DNA of 62,373 nucleotides. It comes from Steroidobacteraceae bacterium. GTDB taxonomy: Bacteria > Pseudomonadota > Gammaproteobacteria > Steroidobacterales > Steroidobacteraceae. Numbering within the stretch: position 1 is the stretch's first letter; the number at the start of each line of letters is the position of its first letter. This document shows, piece by piece, positions 1 to 7,504 of this stretch. The translations under genes were made by a program, and so were the position numbers. Location of the stretch: NCBI GenBank assembly GCA_035281265.1, contig DATEEF010000125.1, positions 1 through 62,373 of the forward strand. Reading direction: 5' to 3'. Below the pieces are notes generated by a model. That model did not search any database, was not told where the DNA came from, and saw only the letters and a list, made by a program, of their open reading frames with translations.

Positions 1-1
1 C

Positions 2-490
2 GGCGGCGGGCGCATCGACCAGCTCTCCGGCGGCAAGCTCGCCGCCTGGCGAGCGGCCAACGTCGGATTCGTCTTCCAGTTCTACAACCTGATGCCGGTA
101 CTGACCGCGGAACGGAATGTCGAGTTGCCCCTGCTGCTCACGCGGCTCTCGGCGGCGCAGCGCCGCAAGTCCGTCGCGGTCGCGCTCGAGGTCGTCGGGC
201 TCGCGGACCGCGCCCGCCACAAGCCGAAGGAGCTTTCCGGTGGGCAGGAGCAGCGCGTGGCGATCGCGCGCGCGCTGGTGTCCGATCCGGCGCTCCTGAT
301 CTGCGACGAGCCGACCGGGGACCTCGACCGCAGGACGGCGGACGAGATCCTCGGCCTCCTGCAGGTGCTGAACCGCGACCACGGCAAGACCGTCGTGATG
401 GTGACGCACGACCCGAAAGCCGCCGAATTCGCGAACCGCATCCTGCACCTCGAGAAGGGCCAGCTCCTCGAGCAGGCGACCGCGGCCTGA
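2..490 (+). CDS. ABC transporter ATP-binding protein (LolD/MacB-type), 5' end cut by window edge
   Basis: The frame of ORF 92..490 stays open back to nt 2 ([32 protein letters not shown]). ABC signature [16 protein letters not shown], Walker [14 protein letters not shown]-loop VMVTHD. Confidence 0.9.
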   Translation, partial: GGGRIDQLSGGKLAAWRAANVGFVFQFYNLMPVLTAERNVELPLLLTRLSAAQRRKSVAVALEVVGLADRARHKPKELSGGQEQRVAIARALVSDPALLICDEPTGDLDRRTADEILGLLQVLNRDHGKTVVMVTHDPKAAEFANRILHLEKGQLLEQATAA

Positions 491-497
491 GACGCGC

Positions 498-1655
498 ATG
501 ACGCGGACCGGATTCGTGCTGGCCAACCTCGGGCGCAGGAAGATGCGCACGGTGCTCACGCTGCTGTCGATTGTCATGGCGTTCCTGCTTTTCGGGCTGC
601 TCCAGGCCGTCAACGTGCTGTTCGCGGCCGGGGCCGACTTCGTCGGCGCGACGCGCCTCGTGACCCAGGCCAGGGTCTCGTTCACGCAATCGCTGCCCAT
701 GCGCCTCCTGCCGCAGATCGAGTCGGTGCCCGGCGTCGAAGACGTGATGTGGAGCCAGTGGTTCGGCGGCGTCTGGCAGGAGAACACGCAGCTCATCATC
801 CAGGCAGCGGATCCGGCGCGGCTGCACGCGGTCTACCCCGAGTTCGTGATGCCAGACGCCGAATGGCAGGCCTTCGAGAACACGCGCACCGGCATGATCG
901 CGGGCCGCAACCTGGCGAACCAGTACGGCTGGAAGGTCGGGCAGAAGGTGCCCATCGGATCGAACATCTTCCCGCAGAAGGACGGCAGCAAGGCCTGGGT
1001 CTTCGACCTCGTCGGCATCTACGACGGCAAGGACGAGGAATGGCAGCGCAGCACGAGCGGCGGCTGGATCAACTTCGCCTACTTCGACGAGGCGAACCAG
1101 TTCGCGCGCGGCCTCGCCGGCGTCTACATCGTCCGGCTGGCGGACCCCGACCGCGCGTCCGAGGTCGCCGCGACGATCGACCGGATGTTCGAGAACTCGC
1201 CCGACGAGACGAAGACCCAGACCGAGAAGGACTTCAACATCGGGTTCTTCAAGCAGATCGGCGACATCGGCCTCATCGTCCGCTGGATCCTGTTCGCGGT
1301 GTTTTTCACGCTGCTGCTGGTCGTCGGCAACACGATCGCCCAGAGCGTGCGCGAGCGCATCCCGGAGCTCGCGATCCTGAAGACGCTCGGATTCACCGAT
1401 GGCGCGGTGCTGGGGTTCGTGCTGGCGGAAGCCGCGGCGCTCTGCGTCATCGGCGGCCTTTTCGGGCTTGCGATCGCGACGCCGCTGGGGGTCGCCATCA
1501 CGAACGCGACGGGCGGCAACCTGCCGGTGGCCGTGGACGGCACGGTCTGGCTGACGGGCGCGATCACCATCGTCGTTCTCAGCCTCGCCGTCGGCCTGCT
1601 GCCTGCACTGCGGGCCGCGCGGCTGACGATCGTGGATGCGCTGGCGGGGCGTTGA
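498..1655 (+). CDS. ABC transporter permease, FtsX/MacB-like
   Basis: 385 aa. N-terminal TM ([19 protein letters not shown]), large periplasmic loop, C-terminal FtsX-type TM bundle ([22 protein letters not shown]). Starts 7 nt after the ATPase stop. Confidence 0.8.
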   Translation: MTRTGFVLANLGRRKMRTVLTLLSIVMAFLLFGLLQAVNVLFAAGADFVGATRLVTQARVSFTQSLPMRLLPQIESVPGVEDVMWSQWFGGVWQENTQLIIQAADPARLHAVYPEFVMPDAEWQAFENTRTGMIAGRNLANQYGWKVGQKVPIGSNIFPQKDGSKAWVFDLVGIYDGKDEEWQRSTSGGWINFAYFDEANQFARGLAGVYIVRLADPDRASEVAATIDRMFENSPDETKTQTEKDFNIGFFKQIGDIGLIVRWILFAVFFTLLLVVGNTIAQSVRERIPELAILKTLGFTDGAVLGFVLAEAAALCVIGGLFGLAIATPLGVAITNATGGNLPVAVDGTVWLTGAITIVVLSLAVGLLPALRAARLTIVDALAGR

Positions 1656-1668
1656 GGGGGATCTGCCC

Positions 1669-2844
1669 GTGCTGAAACAGGTACTCGCCATCACGCAGCT
1701 GGGCCTGCGCAGCATCCCGGAGCGGCTGGGTCCGTCGCTCGTGATCGTCATCGGGCTCGCCGGTGTCGTCGCGGTGTTCACGGCCCTGCTCGCCATGGCC
1801 GCGGGCTTCGAGTCCACGCTCGAGGCGGCCGGACGTGCCGACGTCGCCCTCGTCCTGCGCGGCGGTTCGCAGGCCGAGCTGAACTCCGGCCTCTCGCGCG
1901 AGCAGGCGACGATCATCAAGCAGGCGCCGGGTGTTGCCGCCGGCGCGGACGGCGCTCCCGCGGCGTCCGGCGAGCTGATCGTGATCGCGGAGCTCATGAA
2001 GGCCGGCGAAACGACGGGCTCGAACATCACGGTTCGCGGCGTCGAGCCCGCCGCGTTCGGGCTGCGGCCGCAGCTGAAGATCGTCGAGGGCCGCCGCTTC
2101 CGCCCGGGGCTCAAGGAGCTGATCGTCGGGCGCGGCGTCACGCAGCAGTTCCAGGGCGCCGGCATCGGCGACCGGCTGCGCATGCGCGGCTCGGAATGGG
2201 ACGTCGTCGGGATCTTCGAATCCCGCGACGCCAACGAGAGCGAGCTCTGGGCGGACGTCGAGGTCGCGCAGTCCGCGTTCAACCGCCAAGGCTTCAGCTC
2301 CGTGAGGCTGCAGCTCGCCGACGCCAAGGGTCTCGCGACCGTCAAGGACGCCCTGACCGCGGATCCCCGGGTCAACGTGGACGTCGAGACCGAGCAGTCC
2401 TACCTGAGCGGCCAGACGAAGCAGTTCCGGCAGACCATCGGCGCGCTCGCCCTCGTGGTGACGGTCATCATGGGCCTCGGCGCCACCTTCGCCGCCCTCA
2501 ACACGATGTACGCCGCGGTCGGCACGCGCTCGCGCGAGATCGCTACGCTCCGCGCCATCGGCTTCGGCGGCTTCCCGGTCGTCGTGTCCATCATGCTGGA
2601 GGCGCTCGTGCTGGCGATCGCGGGCGGGCTCCTCGGCGCCGTCATCGCATTCGTGCTCTTCAACAACGTGGCGGTCTCGACGCTCGGCAGCAATTTCACG
2701 CAGGTGGTGTTCCGCTTCGCCGTGACGCCCGAACTCGTGCAGCAGGGGCTCCTCATCGCAGTCGTGATCGGCATGGCCGGCGGATTCCTGCCTGCCCTGC
2801 GCGCCGCGCGGCAGCCGGTCACGACGGCTTTGCGCGCCGCCTGA
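1669..2844 (+). CDS. ABC transporter permease, FtsX/MacB-like (second copy)
   Basis: Same architecture (REIATLRAIGF motif). I prefer GTG 1669, which has a GAGGGGGA Shine-Dalgarno about 8 nt upstream, over the ORF-track start 1636, which overlaps the previous gene. Confidence 0.8.
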   Translation: MLKQVLAITQLGLRSIPERLGPSLVIVIGLAGVVAVFTALLAMAAGFESTLEAAGRADVALVLRGGSQAELNSGLSREQATIIKQAPGVAAGADGAPAASGELIVIAELMKAGETTGSNITVRGVEPAAFGLRPQLKIVEGRRFRPGLKELIVGRGVTQQFQGAGIGDRLRMRGSEWDVVGIFESRDANESELWADVEVAQSAFNRQGFSSVRLQLADAKGLATVKDALTADPRVNVDVETEQSYLSGQTKQFRQTIGALALVVTVIMGLGATFAALNTMYAAVGTRSREIATLRAIGFGGFPVVVSIMLEALVLAIAGGLLGAVIAFVLFNNVAVSTLGSNFTQVVFRFAVTPELVQQGLLIAVVIGMAGGFLPALRAARQPVTTALRAA

Positions 2845-2854
2845 GCCAGCGTCG

Positions 2855-3694
2855 ATGCAGCCGACACTTGTCGACATCGGCGCGAACCTCGCGCACGACA
2901 GTTTCGATGCGGACCGCGACGCGGTCCTTGCGCGGGCGCTGCAAGCCGGCGTCGCCGCGATGGTGGTGACCGGCAGCACGCTCGACGACACCGAGAAGGC
3001 GATCGCACTGTGCCGGCGCCATCCGCGCACCCTGAGAGCGACCGCGGGCGTGCATCCGCACCATGCGACGGGCCTGGCGGAGTCCGACGCGGACCGCCTC
3101 TGCGCGCTGCTCGCGGACCCGATGGTCGTCGCGGCTGGCGAATGCGGGCTCGACTATTTCCGCAACTTCTCGCCGCCGGCCGATCAGCGCCGCGCCTTCG
3201 AGCTGCAACTCGCGCTTGCCGAGCGCGCGCGCAAGCCGGTCTTCCTGCACCAGCGCGATGCGCACGCGGACTTCCTCGCAATGCTTCGGGCGCACCCGCA
3301 GGCCGCGGCGCGCGCAATCCTGCACTGCTTCACTGGCGGTCCCGCCGAGCTCGAGGATTGCCTGGCGCTCGGCCTCTCGGTCGGCATCACCGGCTGGATC
3401 TGCGACGAGCGGCGCGGGCAGGCGCTGCGCGAGTCCGCGGCCCGCGCGCCTCCCGACCGCTTGATGCTCGAGACCGACGCGCCGTACCTGCTCCCGCGCA
3501 CGCTGAGGCCGAAGCCGGCCCACCGCCGCAACGAGCCTGCGTTCCTGCCGGCCGTGCTGGCGGAGACGGCACGCTGCCGGAACGAGGATCCCGCCGCGCT
3601 GGCCGCGGCCACGACCGGGAACGCCTGCCGCTTCTTTGGCCTTAAACTGCGCGAGGCGGCCGCAGGCGCTCCGGGCAGCGTGGAACTGGTTTAA
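2855..3694 (+). CDS. tatD: TatD family metal-dependent deoxyribonuclease/hydrolase
   Basis: 279 aa, collinear with E. coli TatD: DIGANL, AGVHPHHA, GECGLDYFRNFSP, HCFTG, GITGWICDERRG, LETDAPYLLPR, RRNEPAFLP. Confidence 0.85.
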   Translation: MQPTLVDIGANLAHDSFDADRDAVLARALQAGVAAMVVTGSTLDDTEKAIALCRRHPRTLRATAGVHPHHATGLAESDADRLCALLADPMVVAAGECGLDYFRNFSPPADQRRAFELQLALAERARKPVFLHQRDAHADFLAMLRAHPQAAARAILHCFTGGPAELEDCLALGLSVGITGWICDERRGQALRESAARAPPDRLMLETDAPYLLPRTLRPKPAHRRNEPAFLPAVLAETARCRNEDPAALAAATTGNACRFFGLKLREAAAGAPGSVELV

Positions 3695-3731
3695 ATAACT
3701 GTCCCAACTTACTGATATCAGGCTGTTTAAT

Positions 3732-5147
3732 ATGGATTATCGGCGAGCATTGAACACCACCCGGGCGGCCTACAAGGATTCGATCATCCCACGCCTGTCC
3801 GAGTACATCCGCATCCCGAACAAGTCGCCGCTCTTCGACGCCGAATGGGAATCCCACGGCCACATGCTGCGCGCGGCCGAGTTGATGGCCGCCTGGTGCC
3901 GCGAGCAGCGCATCGCGGGACTCGAGGTCGATGTCATCCAGGAGCCCGGCCGCACGCCGCTGCTTTTCTGCGAGATCCCGGGCGATGGTGCCGACACCGT
4001 GCTGCTGTACGGCCACATGGACAAGCAGCCGGAGTTCACCGGCTGGTCGCCGGGACTTTCTCCCTGGGAGCCGGTCCTGCGTGACGGGAAGCTATACGGT
4101 CGCGGCGGGGCGGACGACGGCTACGCCGTGTTCTCGTCGCTGACGGCGATCCGCCTGCTTCAGGAGCAGGAGATTCCGCACGCACGCTGCGTCGTCCTGA
4201 TCGAAGCCTGCGAGGAAAGCGGCAGCTACGACCTGCCGCACTACGTCGAGAAGTTCGCGTCGCGCATCGGCTCTCCCACCCTCGTCGTCTGCCTCGACGC
4301 CGAGTGCGGCAACTACGACCAGCTCTGGTGCACGACGTCGCTGCGCGGCAACCTTGTCGGCGACCTCGTGATCGAGGGACTGACCGAAGGCGTGCATTCC
4401 GGCGCCGGCACGGGCATCGCGCCCTCCGCCTTTCGCGTCGCGCGCACGCTCCTCGCGCGCATCGAGAGCGACGTCACGGGCGACATCCTCGTGGACGAGC
4501 TGCACGTGCCGGTCCCGCCCGCGCGCGTCGACCAGGCGCGCGCCGCCGCGGGCGTCCTGGGCGACCAGATCGCCGGCAAGCTGCCCTTCGTTCCCGGCGC
4601 ACGTGCGCTTTCGGATGCGCCGGTGGAGCTGGTGCTCAACAACACCTGGCGCCCCACGCTCGCGGTGACGGGAGCCGCAGGCCTGCCGGCCATGGCGGAT
4701 GCAGGCAATGTCCTGCTGCCGCGCGTCGAGCTCAAGTTGTCGTTCCGGCTGCCGCCCTCCGCCGACGCCGAAGTCGCCGCCGCGGCGGTGAAGAAACGGC
4801 TCGAGGCCGACCCCCCCTATGGCATGCGCGTCCGCTTCGACGTCGGATCGTCGCTGCCGGGCTGGGATGCGCCGCCGGTCGCGGAATGGCTCGAGGCCTC
4901 CATGCACTCGGCATCCCGCGCGACGTTCGGCCGGGACGCGATGTACCTCGGCACCGGCGGCAGCATTCCCTTCATCGGGATGCTCGGCGAGCGCTACCCG
5001 GGGACGCAGTTCCTCGTCACCGGCGTGCTCGGCCCGCATGCGAACGCGCACGGCCCGAACGAGTTCCTGCACATCGACTGTGCCGAGAAGCTGACGGTGT
5101 GTGTCGCGCAGGTGATCGCCGATCACCGCGCGCGTCCGCGCGGCTAG
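3732..5147 (+). CDS. M20 family metallopeptidase (dipeptidase/ArgE-DapE-CPG2 superfamily)
   Basis: 471 aa. Motifs LLYGHMDKQP, GRGGADDGYA, IEACEESGS. ATG follows an AT-rich spacer. Confidence 0.8.
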   Translation: MDYRRALNTTRAAYKDSIIPRLSEYIRIPNKSPLFDAEWESHGHMLRAAELMAAWCREQRIAGLEVDVIQEPGRTPLLFCEIPGDGADTVLLYGHMDKQPEFTGWSPGLSPWEPVLRDGKLYGRGGADDGYAVFSSLTAIRLLQEQEIPHARCVVLIEACEESGSYDLPHYVEKFASRIGSPTLVVCLDAECGNYDQLWCTTSLRGNLVGDLVIEGLTEGVHSGAGTGIAPSAFRVARTLLARIESDVTGDILVDELHVPVPPARVDQARAAAGVLGDQIAGKLPFVPGARALSDAPVELVLNNTWRPTLAVTGAAGLPAMADAGNVLLPRVELKLSFRLPPSADAEVAAAAVKKRLEADPPYGMRVRFDVGSSLPGWDAPPVAEWLEASMHSASRATFGRDAMYLGTGGSIPFIGMLGERYPGTQFLVTGVLGPHANAHGPNEFLHIDCAEKLTVCVAQVIADHRARPRG

Positions 5148-5731
5148 CCGCGGCCGAGCGGACTCGGTTCGGCCTGGGCCGCGAGCTGGTCCCAGGCGGC
5201 GCGGTAGCGCTCCGCCGGATGCGTGCTGCCGGGCACCGCGGGCGGATACTCCCCCTCGAGGAGGTCGAGCCGCAGTACGCGCGGGGGCCGCCCCTTGGGA
5301 AACTTGGACCGGCTGGTGAATACGATCCTGCCGTCGACGGGGGCCTCGCCCGCCAGCAGCTTCACGGCGGCAATGCGGTCGTAGAGCGCCTCGAGCGGAT
5401 TCAGGAAGGTGGAACGCTCGCTGCCGTTCATGACGGCCCACTCGCGCATGTGCTCGCCGCCGAACACGACGCCCTCCACGTCCCGGTAGTCCACCACGAG
5501 CAGGCCGCGCGCGGTGAGCAGCAGGAAGTCGATGTGGAGCTGCCCGCCACTCCCGTCTGGAATGACGACATCCCGCAGCACGGCTGCCGACACGGCCTCA
5601 AACGACCTGACTGTCCGCTTGCGCGCGCGGAACCGTCCCCAGCGACGGTATGCCCAGGCGAAGGCGACCGCGAGCAGCGCGATCAGCATGACGGCGACAG
5701 TCACCTGCACGATGATGTCGTTGACGTTCAC
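5144..5731 (-). CDS. NERD domain-containing membrane-anchored protein
   Basis: The plausible part of ORF 5144..6259 starts at in-frame GTG 5731 (VNVNDIIVQVTVAVMLIALLAVAFAWAY is a TM helix). NERD-like core QLHIDFLLLTARGLLVVDYRDVEGVVFGG..W. The start codon is uncertain. Confidence 0.65.
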   Translation of the reverse strand: MNVNDIIVQVTVAVMLIALLAVAFAWAYRRWGRFRARKRTVRSFEAVSAAVLRDVVIPDGSGGQLHIDFLLLTARGLLVVDYRDVEGVVFGGEHMREWAVMNGSERSTFLNPLEALYDRIAAVKLLAGEAPVDGRIVFTSRSKFPKGRPPRVLRLDLLEGEYPPAVPGSTHPAERYRAAWDQLAAQAEPSPLGRG

Positions 5732-5874
5732 GTGCCCCGCCTCGCGTGCCAGGCGCGCAGCAGCCTGGTCCCGCCCGGAAGCCGCAAAAGGGCGAGCAGG
5801 CAGCGCACGGCGAGCCGCTCGCCGGCACCGAGCGCGAAGGGACGGTGAAGCTCCGCGAAGAGCGCTGGGCGCAT
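5728..5874 (-). CDS. hypothetical 48-aa ORF translationally coupled to the NERD gene (tentative)
   Basis: The TGA stop overlaps the NERD GTG start (GTGA). Hand-counted G+C by codon position over 5731-5820 is about 93% third, 55-60% second, 77-80% first, the genome's coding signature. No clear SD. Arg/Leu/Ala-rich sequence with no recognised family. Confidence 0.3.
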   Translation of the reverse strand: MRPALFAELHRPFALGAGERLAVRCLLALLRLPGGTRLLRAWHARRGT

Positions 5875-5901
5875 CGCGATGCGGTCGGTGCCCCGCGCGC
5901 C

Positions 5902-6066
5902 ATGCACGACGAGATCCGAGCCACCATCGGCACGGGCAAGTCGTTCCACGCGCACTGCGGACCCGGCGCTTTCGCGGACCCGGAGTCCGGTCGTTGCATC
6001 CCCTGGCATGCGCAGATGATAGTCGGCGCGGGCGGGCGTCACCACCGCAATCGGCTTGCGGCATGA
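5902..6066 (+). CDS. hypothetical 54-aa His/Cys-containing peptide upstream of the N2227-type methyltransferase (tentative)
   Basis: MHDEIRATIGTGKSFHAHCGPGAFADPESGRCIPWHAQMIVGAGGRHHRNRLAA. The first ~30 codons are almost all G/C-ending. The stop (6064-6066) lies 7 nt before ATG 6074. No obvious SD and no recognised family. Confidence 0.35.
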   Translation: MHDEIRATIGTGKSFHAHCGPGAFADPESGRCIPWHAQMIVGAGGRHHRNRLAA

Positions 6067-6073
6067 TGCACGG

Positions 6074-7432
6074 ATGACCTTCGACGCCGCGGTCGCCGGA
6101 TTGCTCGCCTGCCCGTCCTGTGGTACGCGGCTCACCGGCGCGAGCTGCCTTCCGTGCCGCCTCGACTTCCCGTCGATCGGCGGGATTCCGTGGCTGATGC
6201 CGGAGCCTCGGCTCGCCCTGACCGAATGGCGCGGACGGCTGCATCACCTGCTCTCGCACTACGGCGGCGAAGCCGCGCGGCAGCGGGCTGCGCTCGAGGC
6301 TCCGCTGTCAGCGCTCGCCCGATCGCGCATCGAGCGCGTCGCAGCCGCGCTGGACGACCAGGCGGCACGGGTCCGCGAGCTGTTGCAACCGCTCGGACTG
6401 TCCGGCCGCCACGAGGCACCTGCCGTGCACGCTGCGCTCGGCACCGAGCTGCCGGTGAGCCAGGGCCTCACGACCTACTACCCCAACCTCCATCGCGACT
6501 GGAACTGGGGTGGCGAGGAGAATCGCGCGAGCCTCGAGGCCGTCGCCGGCGTCCTGCCCGGCGCCGCTTCGGCGGCACGCGTACTCGTCCTCGGAGCCGG
6601 TGCCTGCCGCCTCGGCTATGACCTGCACCAGCGCCTGCGGCCGCAGCTCACCGTAGCGCTCGACTTCAATCCCTTCTTCCTGCTCGCAGCGCGGCGCATC
6701 CTCGCGGGCCAAGCGCTCGAGCTGTACGAGTTCCCGATCGCGCCGCGCACGGCTGAAGACCACGCGATCTTGCGAACGCACCGGGTGCCAGAGCCGCCGG
6801 CCCCGGGGCTCGCGCTCGTCCTGGCCGATGCCACTGCCCCGCCCTTCCGGCCGGGCATGTTCGACCTGGTGCTGACGCCCTGGTTCATCGACGTCGCCGG
6901 CGAGCCGGTCGCGCGCGTGGCCAGGCGCATCAATGCGCTGCTTGCGGCGGGCGGGACCTGGGTCAACCACGGCTCCCTCGCTTTTCCTGACATCGACCCG
7001 GCGGATGCCTGGAGCCTCGAGGAGCTGCTGGATGCGCTGCCGGCTGCCGGCTTCGCGCGCACCGAGGCGCGCGAGTCGCGGCAGCCTTACCTTTCGTCTC
7101 CCGCGAGCCGGCACGCGCGGCTCGAGTCCGTCGTCACTTTCGCGGCGCGCAAGGATCGGGATCTGCCCGCGCCTGCCGCGGGCCGTGAGCTGCCGCCCTG
7201 GATCGAGCGCGCGGACCTGCCGGTGCCGTCCCTGCCGCAGTTCCGGGCGCAGTCCCTGTCGACGCGCGTCTATGCGTACCTGCTCGCGATGATCGACGGC
7301 GAGCGCAGCATCCGCGACATGGCGCGGCTCATGGAGCAGCAGAAGCTGATGCCGGCGGACGACGCCGTGCCGGCGATCCGCGGCTTCCTCGCGCGCGCCT
7401 TCCGGGATGCCGGCCGGCGGCCGCAGTTCTAG
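6074..7432 (+). CDS. SAM-dependent methyltransferase, N2227/carnosine-N-methyltransferase-like, with N-terminal zinc ribbon and C-terminal PqqD-like domain
   Basis: N-terminal CPSCGTRL..CLPCRLDF..GIPWL (Trm112-like ribbon). Core motifs VLVLGAGACRLGYDL, LDFNPFFLLAARRIL, FDLVLTPWFIDVAGEPVARVARRINALLAAGGTWVNHGSL, ESVVTFAARK match the N2227 fold motif by motif. C-terminal YAYLLAMIDGERSIRDMARLM..AVPAIRGFLARAF. A TTG at 6056 is an alternative start. Confidence 0.75.
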   Translation: MTFDAAVAGLLACPSCGTRLTGASCLPCRLDFPSIGGIPWLMPEPRLALTEWRGRLHHLLSHYGGEAARQRAALEAPLSALARSRIERVAAALDDQAARVRELLQPLGLSGRHEAPAVHAALGTELPVSQGLTTYYPNLHRDWNWGGEENRASLEAVAGVLPGAASAARVLVLGAGACRLGYDLHQRLRPQLTVALDFNPFFLLAARRILAGQALELYEFPIAPRTAEDHAILRTHRVPEPPAPGLALVLADATAPPFRPGMFDLVLTPWFIDVAGEPVARVARRINALLAAGGTWVNHGSLAFPDIDPADAWSLEELLDALPAAGFARTEARESRQPYLSSPASRHARLESVVTFAARKDRDLPAPAAGRELPPWIERADLPVPSLPQFRAQSLSTRVYAYLLAMIDGERSIRDMARLMEQQKLMPADDAVPAIRGFLARAFRDAGRRPQF

Positions 7433-7504
7433 TCGCGGCAACCGCCGCCCTTGTGGCGGCGCCGCGCCTGCGATTATCGTGACGCCGGCTGGCAAGGACA
7501 GGAA

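Noticed and set aside
3699-3714. LexA-box-like CTGT-N8-ACTG inside the AT-rich spacer between tatD and the M20 peptidase gene.
   Set aside because: The second half-site is ACTG rather than ACAG, so the site is not palindromic. Nothing else suggests an SOS gene here. It is more likely just a promoter-region AT island.
5728-6135. The full-length versions of the overlapping ORFs 5728..6135 (-, 135 aa) and 5746..6066 (+, 106 aa) in the NERD/methyltransferase spacer.
   Set aside because: The hand-counted codon-position G+C pattern switches near 5875-5900. The minus frame looks coding only below about 5875 and the plus frame only above about 5900. I therefore kept only the short sub-ORFs (5728..5874 and 5902..6066), both at low confidence.
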